Counted from the stretch's first letter, positions 19,642 to 29,629 are shown. The stretch: 64,000 nucleotides of DNA from an uncultured Oscillospiraceae bacterium (GCA_902489545.1 CABUAK010000001.1:31948-95947), one strand, 5' to 3'. Numbers and translations: made by a program. Notes: generated by a model not told the origin, from the sequence alone.

Positions 19642-20541
19642 ATGTTCGGCTATGTAAGACCATCCACGGCGCAGCTGAGCGAAGCGGACAAGCAGCGCTT
19701 TGCCGCCGTGTACTGCGGACTGTGCCGCGCGCTGCAGCGGCGCTACGGCACTGCAGCCCGCTTTATTCTCAACTATGATTTTACCTTTCTGGCGGTGCTG
19801 CTGTCGGAGAGGGAGTCTGGTGAGCCGCTGCACAGGCGGTGTATGGCGCATCCTGTGCGGGGGCGGGACTATTTCCCCGGCAATGCCGCCCTTGACCTGG
19901 CAGCGGACTGCAGTGTGATTCTGGCCTGGTGGCAGCTGCGGGATGCCGTGGCGGATCACGGCGCCGCTGCGGGGGCAAAATATCGGGCCGCATCCCTGGC
20001 CTTGGCGGGCGCCTACGGCAAGGCCCGCCGCCTCCGTCCTGATTTTGACCGGTCCACGGCGGCACATCTGGAGAAGCTGGGCCGGCTGGAGCGGGAGGGC
20101 TGCGCCTCCATGGACGAGGCGGCGGATGCCTTCGCCGTGCTGCTGCGGGGGATCGGCAGCCAGGTGGCGGACCCGGTGCGGCGGCGGGTGACGGAGGAGT
20201 TTCTCTACCATCTGGGCCGCTGGATCTATCTGGTGGACGCGGCGGACGACCTGAAGGAGGACTTTGCCTCCGGCAACTATAACCCGCTGATCCTCCGATT
20301 CTCCCTGCAGGAGGGCAAGCTGTCAGAGGAAGCCAGGCGGAGTCTGGTGATTTCATTGGACGGCTCTATCCGCCTGATGGCCGCAGCCTATGAGTTGTGG
20401 GACTTCGGAGTGTGGAGTCCCATCATCCGCGCGACAGTCTATGAGGGGCTTTTCTGTGTGGGAAAGGCTGTTTTAGAGGGTACATTCCAAGCTGGCGATA
20501 CGTGGTTTCGTATTGGCGGCAGAAACAAGGAGCAGCTATGA
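19642..20541 (+). CDS. DUF5685 family protein
   Basis: MFGYVRP...YCGLC N-terminus; co-located with a J-domain gene as described for DUF5685. Confidence 0.7.
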   Translation: MFGYVRPSTAQLSEADKQRFAAVYCGLCRALQRRYGTAARFILNYDFTFLAVLLSERESGEPLHRRCMAHPVRGRDYFPGNAALDLAADCSVILAWWQLRDAVADHGAAAGAKYRAASLALAGAYGKARRLRPDFDRSTAAHLEKLGRLEREGCASMDEAADAFAVLLRGIGSQVADPVRRRVTEEFLYHLGRWIYLVDAADDLKEDFASGNYNPLILRFSLQEGKLSEEARRSLVISLDGSIRLMAAAYELWDFGVWSPIIRATVYEGLFCVGKAVLEGTFQAGDTWFRIGGRNKEQL

Positions 20542-21197
20542 GCGATCCCTATAAAATTCTGAATATCCCCAGCACCGCCACCGATGAGGAGGTCAAAAAG
20601 GCGTACCGGGACCTGGCGCGGAAGTACCACCCGGATAACTACCACGACAACCCGCTGGCGGATCTGGCCCAGGAGAAGATGAAGGAGATCAACGAGGCCT
20701 ACGACACCATTCAGCGCCAGCGGGGCAGCCGGGGCGCCGGGGGCGGCGGAACTGCCTCCGCTCAGCAGAGTTACGGCGGCTATCAGCGCCAGTCGTCGGC
20801 CTACAATGGCTATGCCTCCGCAGGAAGTGCCGCCTTTCAGCAGGTCCGTATGGCAATCAACCGCAACGATTTGGGCACGGCGGAGCAGATACTGGGCCGG
20901 ATCGATGACCACAACGGCGAGTGGAACTTTCTCAAGGGCACCATCTGCTACCGGCGGGGCTGGGTGGACGAGGCCCGTCGCTATTACCAGACCGCCTGCC
21001 AGATGGACCCGTCCAACAGTGAGTACCAGCAGGCCCTCAGCTATGTGGAGAACGGCGGGGAGACTGCCTACCGTCCCGGCGGCTTTGGAATGTTTTCCAC
21101 AGACTGTACGGAGGGGAATACCTGCGGCCGGCTGGCCTGTATGTATTTGGCCTGTAATATGTGTGGCTTCGGTGGGATGCGTTTTTGTATTTGCTAG
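20538..21197 (+). CDS. J-domain (DnaJ-like) protein with a TPR-like segment and a Cys-rich C-terminal tail
   Basis: J domain YKILNIPSTATDEEVKKAYRDLARKYHPD (HPD motif); C-terminus CTEGNTCGRLACMYLACNMCGFGGMRFCIC. Confidence 0.8.
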   Translation: MSDPYKILNIPSTATDEEVKKAYRDLARKYHPDNYHDNPLADLAQEKMKEINEAYDTIQRQRGSRGAGGGGTASAQQSYGGYQRQSSAYNGYASAGSAAFQQVRMAINRNDLGTAEQILGRIDDHNGEWNFLKGTICYRRGWVDEARRYYQTACQMDPSNSEYQQALSYVENGGETAYRPGGFGMFSTDCTEGNTCGRLACMYLACNMCGFGGMRFCIC

Positions 21198-21236
21198 CCG
21201 TGAAGCGGCTGTGGGAATAACAGGAGGGATGATCTT

Positions 21237-22121
21237 TTGATTAAGAGTATGACTGGTTACGGACGGGCCAGGGAGCAGAGAAACCACCGGGACATAACGG
21301 TGGAGGTCCGCAGCGTGAATAACCGGTATCTGGACTGCGCCGTAAAAATGCCCCGGGCCTATATTTTTGCCGAGGACGCCATTAAGTCCCTGGTACAGAA
21401 GGCTACCAGCCGGGGCAAGGTGGATGTGTTTGTGTCGGTTGATTCCCTGGGGGCGGAGGAGACGGTGGTATCCGTCAATGAACCTCTGGCCAGGGGATAT
21501 ATACAGGCGATGCACCGTCTGTGCGAACTGGGCGGCGGGCTGGTCCGGGAGGGCTGCGGCGCTGCGGAACTGGCGAGGCTTCCGGATGTGCTGGCTGTCA
21601 CGCAGGCGGAAGAGGATCTGGAGAGTGTTTCTGCCGACCTCTGCGCGGTGGTAGAGGACGCTTTGGCGGCATACAATGCCATGCGGGAGACGGAGGGCCG
21701 GAAGCTGGAGGAGGATATTCTGGGCCGGCTGGATACCATTGAAGCCATTACGGCCCGCGTGGAGGAGCGCTCTCCCCAGACTGTGGCGGAGTACCGGGAA
21801 AAATTGCTCGCCCGTATGCGGGAGGTGCTGCAGAGCACCACAATAGACGAGGGCCGCATTCTCACCGAGGCGGCCATCTTTGCTGACAAGGTGGCTGTGG
21901 ATGAGGAGACAGTGCGGCTGCGCAGCCACCTGGCGCAGCTGCGGGACATGCTGCGCAGCGGCGTGCCGGTAGGCCGGAAGCTGGATTTCCTGATCCAGGA
22001 GGTCAATCGGGAGTGCAATACCATCGGCTCAAAATGCACGGATCTGACCATTGCCAGAGATGTGGTGGACCTGAAGGCGGAGGTGGAAAAGATCCGCGAG
22101 CAGGTTCAGAATATCGAGTAG
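21237..22121 (+). CDS. yicC: YicC/YloC family endoribonuclease
   Basis: TTG start giving a MIKSMTGYGR N-terminus; C-terminal DUF1732 region. Confidence 0.85.
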   Translation: MIKSMTGYGRAREQRNHRDITVEVRSVNNRYLDCAVKMPRAYIFAEDAIKSLVQKATSRGKVDVFVSVDSLGAEETVVSVNEPLARGYIQAMHRLCELGGGLVREGCGAAELARLPDVLAVTQAEEDLESVSADLCAVVEDALAAYNAMRETEGRKLEEDILGRLDTIEAITARVEERSPQTVAEYREKLLARMREVLQSTTIDEGRILTEAAIFADKVAVDEETVRLRSHLAQLRDMLRSGVPVGRKLDFLIQEVNRECNTIGSKCTDLTIARDVVDLKAEVEKIREQVQNIE

Positions 22122-22131
22122 GAGGGGCGGC

Positions 22132-22392
22132 ATGGAGTTTGTGAACATCGGCTACGGCAGCATGATCTCTGCCCAACGGCTGATTGCCCTGATCAGCCCC
22201 GACTCCGCCCCCATTAAGCGGCTGGTTTCAGAAGCCCGGGACCGCAGCATGCTCATTGATGCCACCTTTGGACGGAAGACGGCGGCTGTACTGATTATGG
22301 ACAGCGACCATGTGATTCTGTCGGGCCTGCCGCTGGAGAAGCTGGGGCCGCGGTTTGGAATGGCTCCCACGGTACTGGAGGAGGAGCAATGA
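22132..22392 (+). CDS. remA: RemA/YlzA (DUF370) regulator
   Basis: 86 aa (MEFVNIGYGSMISAQRLIALISPDSAPIKRL); sits between yicC and gmk as in Bacillus. Confidence 0.85.
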   Translation: MEFVNIGYGSMISAQRLIALISPDSAPIKRLVSEARDRSMLIDATFGRKTAAVLIMDSDHVILSGLPLEKLGPRFGMAPTVLEEEQ

Positions 22393-22982
22393 GACGGGGA
22401 AAGACATTTATCATCTGCGGCCCCTCCGGCGTGGGGAAGGGGACGGTGGTTTCCCGGCTTTTGGCCCAGGACCCCACCCTCTATTTTTCCGTCTCCGCCA
22501 CCACCAGGCCACCCCGGCCTGGTGAGGAGGACGGGATTCACTACCACTTTCTCTCCCAAGAGCAGTTTCAGCACTGGATCCGGGAGGATGCTTTCCTGGA
22601 GTACGCGGAGTTCGTGGGCAATTACTACGGCACACCCAAAAAGTATGTGGACGAGGCCATGGCTGCCGGCCGGGATGTGATACTGGACATTGAGATCCAG
22701 GGGGCGGACCAGGTCCACCGCAAGCGCCCCGATGCGGTACGCATCTATGTGGCCCCCCCCAGCTGGGAGGAATTGGAGCGCCGCCTCATTGGCCGGGGTA
22801 CCGAGGACATGGAACGGGTGCGCCGCCGTTTGGAGCGGGGGAAGCAGGAGTTTGCCGCCGCCAGGGAATTTGATTATTTTGTGATCAACGACACCGTGGA
22901 CCGGGCTGTGGAGGAGATTCACGCCATTCTCTGCGCGGAGCACTGCCGGCCCGATGAGCGGATTTCCATGGTGGATCGTTAG
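22389..22982 (+). CDS. gmk: Guanylate kinase
   Basis: P-loop GPSGVGKGT; GMP-binding residues. Confidence 0.9.
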   Translation: MRRGKTFIICGPSGVGKGTVVSRLLAQDPTLYFSVSATTRPPRPGEEDGIHYHFLSQEQFQHWIREDAFLEYAEFVGNYYGTPKKYVDEAMAAGRDVILDIEIQGADQVHRKRPDAVRIYVAPPSWEELERRLIGRGTEDMERVRRRLERGKQEFAAAREFDYFVINDTVDRAVEEIHAILCAEHCRPDERISMVDR

Positions 22983-23024
22983 CAGGTCCCACAAATAAAT
23001 TTTTATTAAAGGAATGATACGACT

Positions 23025-23246
23025 ATGATGCTCTATCCCGCTATGAATAAGCTGACAGCCAACGTACCTAACCGCTACCTGCTGGTGAATGTGGTGGCCC
23101 GCCGGGCCCGCCAAATTGCCCAGGAGGCGGATGACACCGGCGAGAAGCTGGATATCAAGCCTGTGACTATGGCCATTCAGGAGGTGGCGGATGGCAAACT
23201 CTCTGTGACCGCCACCGATGTGGTGATTCGGGACGTGGAGGCCTGA
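23025..23246 (+). CDS. rpoZ: DNA-directed RNA polymerase subunit omega
   Basis: 73 aa; NRYLLVNVVARRARQI motif. Confidence 0.85.
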   Translation: MMLYPAMNKLTANVPNRYLLVNVVARRARQIAQEADDTGEKLDIKPVTMAIQEVADGKLSVTATDVVIRDVEA

Positions 23247-23276
23247 TGCCCCAGCAGAAGATGAGGAGGGATGACG

Positions 23277-25724
23277 ATGGATCAGGTGGCCCGGGTGGCC
23301 GTTTCCGCCGCTACCTACGCCATTGACAAGCCCTATGACTACCGGGTGCCCCAGGCGCTTTTGGGAAAGGCCCAGGTGGGCATGCGCGTCACAGTGCCCT
23401 TTGGCAGGGGAAATCGGACTAGCGAGGGGTTGATCCTGGCCCTGGTGGAGGACAGTCCACGGCCGGAACTGAAGGCGCTCTCCAGCCTGCTGGACCAGGA
23501 GCCGGTGCTGGGGGGCGAGGAAATTAAGCTGGCGCTGTGGCTGCGGGAGCGGTACTTCTGTACCCTCTACGACGGGGTCAAGGCCCTGCTTCCTGCGGGA
23601 CTCTGGTATCGGATTCAAGAGGTTTACACGCTGGCCGTGGACCGGGAGACGGCTCTGGCTGCGGCAGTGGGCGACAAGGAAAAAAATGTGCTGGAACTGC
23701 TGGCTGGGCGGGGCGGAAGCTGCGAACTGGAGACCATGAAGGCCCTCTGCGGCGACAGTGTCACTGCCCAGCTGCGCTGCCTGGTGGAGCGCGGCCTTGT
23801 GACGGAGGATACCACCTCCCGGCGCAAAATATCTGATAAATTGGTGCGCCGGGTGACGTTGGCGGTGGCGCCGGAGGAGGCCATGGCGGCGGTCGAGCCC
23901 AGGCGGCGCTCTGCGCCCCTCCGCTACGAGGTGGTAAAGCTTCTCTGTACCGTGGGCAGCGGACTCTCCAGCGACATCTGCTACTTTACCGGTGCCTCTA
24001 TGCAGACGCTGAAGGGGCTGGAGAAGAGCGGTCTGGTGACATTTTCCCAGGAGGAGGCCCTTCGGGTACCCAGGACGGACAGTGCCGACGGTGCGCCTAT
24101 CGTGCTCAACCAGGAGCAGCAGGCGGCCTACGACGGGATTTTGGCCATGTCGGAGACGGGAAAGCCCGGCTGCGCTCTGCTCTACGGCGTAACCGGCAGC
24201 GGTAAGACCGCTGTGTATATCCGTCTGCTGCAGGAAGTCGTCCGCCGTGGCCGCCAGGGGATGATCCTGGTTCCTGAGATTGCTCTTACCCCTCAGATCA
24301 TGGCCAAGTTCAGTGCATACTTTGGGGATAAAGTAGTTATGCTTCACAGCAATCTTCCCATGAGCGAGCGCTATGACCAATGGAAGCGTATTCGCCGGGG
24401 GGAGGTCAATGTGGTTTTGGGAACTCGCAGCGCGGTCTTTGCTCCTCTGGACCGGCTGGGAATGGTGATTCTGGACGAGGAGCAGGAGAGCAGCTACCAA
24501 TCGGAGAACCAGCCCCGCTACCACGCCCGGGATGTGGCGAAATTCCGCTGTGCCCAGAGCGGCGCAACTCTGGTGCTGGGCTCCGCCACCCCCTCGGTGG
24601 AGAGCACATATTTCGCCCAGAAGGGCGCCTATCAAAAGCTGATCCTTCGCAGCCGGTACAACCGGCAGCCTCTGCCAAGGGTGCTGATTGCGGATATGCG
24701 CCAGGAGGTGCGCCGGGGCAACGCCGGAATTATCAGCGAGTGTCTGCGGGGCGAGTTGGCGGAGAACCTGAGGCGGGGAGAGCAGAGCATTTTGTTTTTA
24801 AACCGCCGGGGCAATAGCCGCATGCTGCTGTGCGGGGAGTGCGGCGGGGTGCCGGAGTGTCCCCGGTGCAGTGTGCCCCTGACGTACCACAGCGCCAATG
24901 GCCGGCTGATGTGCCACTACTGCGGCCACTCCGAGCGGGCGGAGAGCACCTGCGACGAGTGCGGTGGATTGATGAAGCCTGTCGGTGTGGGTACCCAGCG
25001 GGTGGAGGAGGAGTTGGAGTGCCTTTTTCCCGGCACCCAGGTACTCCGTATGGATGCGGATACTGTGTCCGGGAACCATGAGCAGCTGCTCAGCCGGTTC
25101 GAAAAGCAGCAGATTCCCATTCTTTTGGGCACCCAGATGGTGGCCAAGGGATTGGATTTCGAAAATGTCACCCTGGTGGGGGTTTTGGCCGCGGATCTAA
25201 GCCTCTATGTGGACAGCTACCGGGCTGCCGAGCGCACCTTCAGCCTGCTGACCCAGGTGGTGGGGCGGGCTGGGCGGGGCAGTAAGGACGGCCGTGCTGT
25301 GATTCAGACCTTCACCCCGGATAATGAGGTCATTACCAGTGCCGCCCGCCAGGACTACAATACCTTTTACACCGGGGAACTCCGCATGCGGCGGGCCAGG
25401 CGCTATCCGCCATTTGCGGATATTTTCACCCTGACGGTCTCCGGGCCGGAGGAGGGGGCAGTGCTCCGGGCCGTGGCCCGGCTGCGGGACGCCATGCGTT
25501 CTGCTACCCGCTATCCCACCATGTCAAATATGTCCGTTGAGATTCTGGGGCCCGCTCCGGCACCGGTGCTGAAGGTCAATAACCGCTACCGCTATCGGGT
25601 GCTCTGGGTGGGCAGCAATGACCACACCACCCGGGAACTGCTGGCCTACTACATCCGTGCCTTCTATCAGCAGAAGGAGAACCGGGGGCTGCACCTGTTT
25701 GTGGACTGTAATGGACCGGAGTAA
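23277..25724 (+). CDS. priA: Primosomal protein N' (PriA replication-restart helicase)
   Basis: Walker A GVTGSGKT, DEEQ box, Cys4 zinc-binding region; ATG 23277 is preferred over 23271 on SD spacing. Confidence 0.9.
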   Translation: MDQVARVAVSAATYAIDKPYDYRVPQALLGKAQVGMRVTVPFGRGNRTSEGLILALVEDSPRPELKALSSLLDQEPVLGGEEIKLALWLRERYFCTLYDGVKALLPAGLWYRIQEVYTLAVDRETALAAAVGDKEKNVLELLAGRGGSCELETMKALCGDSVTAQLRCLVERGLVTEDTTSRRKISDKLVRRVTLAVAPEEAMAAVEPRRRSAPLRYEVVKLLCTVGSGLSSDICYFTGASMQTLKGLEKSGLVTFSQEEALRVPRTDSADGAPIVLNQEQQAAYDGILAMSETGKPGCALLYGVTGSGKTAVYIRLLQEVVRRGRQGMILVPEIALTPQIMAKFSAYFGDKVVMLHSNLPMSERYDQWKRIRRGEVNVVLGTRSAVFAPLDRLGMVILDEEQESSYQSENQPRYHARDVAKFRCAQSGATLVLGSATPSVESTYFAQKGAYQKLILRSRYNRQPLPRVLIADMRQEVRRGNAGIISECLRGELAENLRRGEQSILFLNRRGNSRMLLCGECGGVPECPRCSVPLTYHSANGRLMCHYCGHSERAESTCDECGGLMKPVGVGTQRVEEELECLFPGTQVLRMDADTVSGNHEQLLSRFEKQQIPILLGTQMVAKGLDFENVTLVGVLAADLSLYVDSYRAAERTFSLLTQVVGRAGRGSKDGRAVIQTFTPDNEVITSAARQDYNTFYTGELRMRRARRYPPFADIFTLTVSGPEEGAVLRAVARLRDAMRSATRYPTMSNMSVEILGPAPAPVLKVNNRYRYRVLWVGSNDHTTRELLAYYIRAFYQQKENRGLHLFVDCNGPE

Positions 25725-25789
25725 AGACCCTTGTGAGAGAAAAACCAGCAACAGGCGGCTAAGATCGCCCGAAGGAGGATACAATTACT

Positions 25790-26308
25790 ATGGCAATCAG
25801 ACAGATCGTGACCCAGGGAAATGACATCCTGGAGAAGAAGTGCCGCCCGGTGACGGCGTTCAATGACCGGCTCCACCAGCTGCTGGACGATATGGCGGAT
25901 ACCCTGGTGGAAGCTAACGGCGTGGGGTTGGCTGCTCCCCAGGTGGGGATCCTGCGCCGGGCGGTGATTGTGGTGGGGGACCAGGATGAGGTCATTGAAC
26001 TGATCAACCCCGAGATTGTTGCCAGCGACGGGGAGCAGACAGGCCCTGAGGGCTGCCTCAGTGTCCCCGGCAAGTTCGGTATGGTTACGCGGCCCTACCG
26101 TGTGACAGTCCGCGCCCAGGACCGCTTCGGCAACTGGTTTGAGGTGGAGGGCGAGGATTTGACAGCGCGGGCTTTCTGCCACGAGTTGGAGCACCTGGAC
26201 GGGCATCTGTACGTGGAGCATATCGACCGTTTCTTGACGGAGGAGGAACTCAACGAGTACTACAAGGAGCAGGAAGCCGAATTGAACGGGGAGGAGACCG
26301 GGGAGTAA
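25790..26308 (+). CDS. def: Peptide deformylase
   Basis: GVGLAAPQVG, EGCLS and HELEHLDG motifs. Confidence 0.9.
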   Translation: MAIRQIVTQGNDILEKKCRPVTAFNDRLHQLLDDMADTLVEANGVGLAAPQVGILRRAVIVVGDQDEVIELINPEIVASDGEQTGPEGCLSVPGKFGMVTRPYRVTVRAQDRFGNWFEVEGEDLTARAFCHELEHLDGHLYVEHIDRFLTEEELNEYYKEQEAELNGEETGE

Positions 26309-27252
26309 TGCGGATTGTTTTTATGGGGACGCCGGAATTTGCCGTATCCGTCCTGCGCCATGTGGTAGAGGGCGGATGGGAGGTCTGCGCCGTTTATACC
26401 CAGCCGGACAAGCCCAAAAATCGCGGTATGAAGCTGGTTCCAACACCTGTAAAGGAATATGCCCTCACAAAAGGGATTTCGGTTTATCAGCCGGCCTCCT
26501 GCCGGGACCCGGAAACGCTGGCCCAGTTGGAGGCTCTTGCGCCGGATGTGATCCTGGTGGCGGCCTACGGCAAGATTTTGCCCCAGGCCCTGCTGGATAT
26601 TCCGCGCCTTGCCATCCTCAACGTCCACTCCTCTCTGCTGCCCCAGTACCGGGGTGCCGCACCCATCAACTGGGCGGTGCTGAACGGGGACACAGAGACG
26701 GGCGTCACCATTCAGTACATGGCGGCGGAACTGGACGCGGGGGATATTTTGCTCTCTAAGCCGGCAGTCATTGACCCTGAGGAGGACGCGGGACAACTCT
26801 ACGGTCGTTTGGCGGAATTGGGCGGCCAGGCGGCCTGCGAGGCGCTGGTGCGGCTGCGCGACGGTACGGCGGGGCGGACGCCCCAGGTCTATGGTCCCCA
26901 GTACCAGTACGCGGCTATGCTGTCCAGGGATATGTCTCCGATTGACTGGACAAAGCCTGCCCAGACCATTGTGAATCAGATCCGGGGACTGATCCCCTGG
27001 CCCTGCGCCACCACGGAGGTGGCTGGGACCCGGTGGAAGGTCTACCGGGCCGGAGTGGGCGCCGCCGCAGGCGCCGCGCCAGGCACCATCGTATCTGCTG
27101 GAAAGGCGGGCATTGGGGTGGCCGCCGGGGACGGGAGGACGGTTCTTATTACGGAATTGCAGGCCGATGGCGGCAAGCGTATGGCCGCCGCGGACTATTT
27201 ACGCGGACACCCCATTCCGGCCTGCGGTCGGAATGGGGACCCTGCTATTTGA
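26308..27252 (+). CDS. fmt: Methionyl-tRNA formyltransferase
   Basis: MRIVFMGTPEFAV and NVHSSLLPQYRGAAPI motifs; the last ~12 codons lie inside a repeated element. Confidence 0.9.
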   Translation: MRIVFMGTPEFAVSVLRHVVEGGWEVCAVYTQPDKPKNRGMKLVPTPVKEYALTKGISVYQPASCRDPETLAQLEALAPDVILVAAYGKILPQALLDIPRLAILNVHSSLLPQYRGAAPINWAVLNGDTETGVTIQYMAAELDAGDILLSKPAVIDPEEDAGQLYGRLAELGGQAACEALVRLRDGTAGRTPQVYGPQYQYAAMLSRDMSPIDWTKPAQTIVNQIRGLIPWPCATTEVAGTRWKVYRAGVGAAAGAAPGTIVSAGKAGIGVAAGDGRTVLITELQADGGKRMAAADYLRGHPIPACGRNGDPAI

Positions 27253-27285
27253 CCGCAGCCGTCCGAAGTGAATTCGTCCGGCAGC
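27216..27285 (+). repeat. Copy 1 of an imperfect ~70-bp direct repeat; overlaps the fmt 3' end
   Basis: About 90% identical to 27333-27403; contains the ttccggcc...ggtcggaa inverted motif. Confidence 0.6.
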
Positions 27286-27332
27286 AAGGTTTTGCCTGTA
27301 GGCAAAACGCTTGAACGCCGGATTACCGGCGG

Positions 27333-27403
27333 TTCCGGCCTGGGGCCGGAATGGGGATCCCGCTATTTGGCCGCAGCTGTCCGAAGTGAATTCGTCCGGC
27401 GGC
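27333..27403 (+). repeat. Copy 2 of the ~70-bp direct repeat, intergenic
   Basis: Contains the perfect palindrome ttccggcctggggccggaa; a separate perfect hairpin gttttgcctgtaggcaaaac (27288-27307) lies between the copies. Confidence 0.6.
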
Positions 27404-27608
27404 AGAGGCCGCTGAACAGGCCGGCTGGTTTTGCTGTGCAGGAGCATAGCGGAGTTGGCCTTGCTGCCCGTGTTGCGGGCAGCGGCCGTACAATCCAAGC
27501 GCGGGGGTCGTTCCGACCCACATGCGCGAAAACTTTGTGCGACTGCTTTGCCATATATTGTAGCGCGCTGGGGCGCATGAAGTTTTATGCCCAGAGGAGG
27601 TTTATCGA

Positions 27609-28307
27609 ATGCCCTTTTACTATGACACCATCTACTGGATTGTTTTGATCCCGGTGCTGTTGCTGTCTGTGTATGCCCAGGCCAGGGTCAGCGGAAGCTT
27701 CAGCAAATACAGCCAGGTGAAAAATCGGCGGCACATCACCGGCGCCCAGGCGGCCTATGAGGTGCTGCGTACCCATGGTGTGACGGATGTGGAAATCCGT
27801 CCCTGCCGGGGCAGTCTGACAGACCACTACGCCCCCCGGGACAATACCATCTATCTCTCAGAGCCCGTGTACAGCGCCGACACGGTGGCAGCGGTAGGGG
27901 TGGCGGCCCATGAGGCGGGACATGCGGTGCAGTATGCGGTGGGGTATGGCCCGATCCGGATTCGCTCCGCCATTATTCCCGTGACCCAGTTTGGCTCCAA
28001 ATTTGCCTTTGTGGCGCTGCTGCTGGGTCTGGTACTCTACTCTCAACCCATGTTTGCCATCGGTATCGTCCTTTTTGGCCTGACCACCCTGTTTCAGCTG
28101 GTGACACTGCCGGTGGAATTTGATGCCTCCGCCCGGGCCCTGGCCACTATTGACGGCAATTTTCTGCTGGAGGCGGATGAGCGGCAGGGAGCGAAGAAGG
28201 TCCTGACCGCCGCGGCGCTGACCTACGTGGCAGCGCTGCTCATGTCCCTGGCGCAGCTGCTGCGCTACCTGCTGATTTTCTCCGGCCGGAACAACAGAAG
28301 GCGATGA
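27609..28307 (+). CDS. Zinc metallopeptidase (Zn_peptidase_2/YpfJ-like membrane protein)
   Basis: HEAGHAVQ zinc-binding motif; TM helices; RBS AGAGGAGG. Confidence 0.8.
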   Translation: MPFYYDTIYWIVLIPVLLLSVYAQARVSGSFSKYSQVKNRRHITGAQAAYEVLRTHGVTDVEIRPCRGSLTDHYAPRDNTIYLSEPVYSADTVAAVGVAAHEAGHAVQYAVGYGPIRIRSAIIPVTQFGSKFAFVALLLGLVLYSQPMFAIGIVLFGLTTLFQLVTLPVEFDASARALATIDGNFLLEADERQGAKKVLTAAALTYVAALLMSLAQLLRYLLIFSGRNNRRR

Positions 28308-29629
28308 GCGGCGGCGGAAGAGAGACGGCCCTGGAGGTGCTCACCGCCTGCCGGAGACTGGATGCCTGGTCCGACGGCAGCCTGAAGGCTGCCTGTAAGA
28401 AAAACGGCCTGGAGCCCCGGGAGGCGGCCTTTGCCGCCAGGCTGGTATACGGGGTTTTGCAGAACCGGGCGCTGCTGGATTTTTATCTGGATTGCTTCTG
28501 CACCGGCCCCTTCGACAAGCTGGAGCCCTTTGTGCGGGATGTGCTGCGCCTGGGGGCCTATCAGATTCTCTTTATGGATCGGGTTCCCTCCAGCGCGGCG
28601 GTTCACCAGGCGGTGGAGATGGTTAAGACCCACCGCCGTCAGCGTTCCGCCGGCCTGGTGAACGCCGTACTGCGGAAGGTGAGCCAGAACGCGGCACAGC
28701 TGCCCCCCATTCCGGAGGCGGACGTGGTGTCAGCCATGGCCCTGCGCTACAGCCACCCGGCGTGGCTGGTGGAGCGGCTGATGGGGCTGGTGGGCCGGGA
28801 GGAGGCAGAGGGCTTCCTGCAGGGGGATAACACACCGGCTCCCATGACGATTCAGCGTAATCCCCTTACATGCGACAGGGAGACTCTGCTAGACTATTGG
28901 GAGGGCCGTGGGGCCGCTATTCAGCCTCACCCCTGGCTGGCGGACTGCTTCTTCCTGACGGGCGGCGGAAGCCTGGAGGAGGACCGGGCCTTCCAGGCGG
29001 GATGGTTCCAGGTTCAGGATGCCGCCGCCAGGCTGGCGGTTCTGGCCGCCGGGCCCAGGCCTGGGGACCGTGTGTTGGACGTATGCGCCGCCCCCGGGGG
29101 GAAGTCCTTTGCCTGTGCCATAGCGATGGAAAACCAGGGGCACATTATTTCCTGCGACATCCATCCCAAAAAGCTGGAGGCCATGGCCCGGGATGGAGCC
29201 CGGCTGGGCGTCACCTGTGTGGAGACGGCGGTTCGGGACGGTCGGAGCAATGATCCCGCCTGGAATGGGGCTTTTGATCTGGTACTTTGTGACGTACCCT
29301 GCTCCGGCCTGGGCATTATCCGCAAGAAGCCGGATATTCGCTATAAGGACCCCGTCGCTCTGGCGGCGCTGCCGCCTATTCAGGGGGCCATTTTGGATAA
29401 TGCCAGCCGCTATGTCCGCCCGGGCGGTGTACTGCTCTACTCCACCTGCACCATTCTCCCCGAGGAAAATGAAGCGGTAGTGGAGGCGTTTCTCGCCGGT
29501 CACGGCGATTTTGCCAGAGAGCCCTTTCTCCTGCCGGGACCGGCGGGACAGACGGAGGGCACCGTTACTCTGTGGCCGCAGCGCCACGGCACCGACGGCT
29601 TTTATGTGTGTAAGCTGAGGAAGTTATGA
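28304..29629 (+). CDS. rsmB: 16S rRNA (cytosine967-C5)-methyltransferase RsmB/Sun
   Basis: N-terminal NusB-like region plus SAM-MTase motifs (DVCAAPGGKS, PCSGLG). Confidence 0.85.
   Translation: MSGGGRETALEVLTACRRLDAWSDGSLKAACKKNGLEPREAAFAARLVYGVLQNRALLDFYLDCFCTGPFDKLEPFVRDVLRLGAYQILFMDRVPSSAAVHQAVEMVKTHRRQRSAGLVNAVLRKVSQNAAQLPPIPEADVVSAMALRYSHPAWLVERLMGLVGREEAEGFLQGDNTPAPMTIQRNPLTCDRETLLDYWEGRGAAIQPHPWLADCFFLTGGGSLEEDRAFQAGWFQVQDAAARLAVLAAGPRPGDRVLDVCAAPGGKSFACAIAMENQGHIISCDIHPKKLEAMARDGARLGVTCVETAVRDGRSNDPAWNGAFDLVLCDVPCSGLGIIRKKPDIRYKDPVALAALPPIQGAILDNASRYVRPGGVLLYSTCTILPEENEAVVEAFLAGHGDFAREPFLLPGPAGQTEGTVTLWPQRHGTDGFYVCKLRKL

Noticed and set aside
22152-24635. 827-aa minus-strand ORF across remA, gmk, rpoZ and priA
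   Set aside because: Antisense to conserved housekeeping genes; Gly/Arg/Pro-rich composition with no motifs.
27268-27648. 126-aa ORF across the repeat region downstream of fmt
   Set aside because: Runs through palindromic repeats and has no RBS. The true gene (zinc metallopeptidase) starts at 27609 in another frame.
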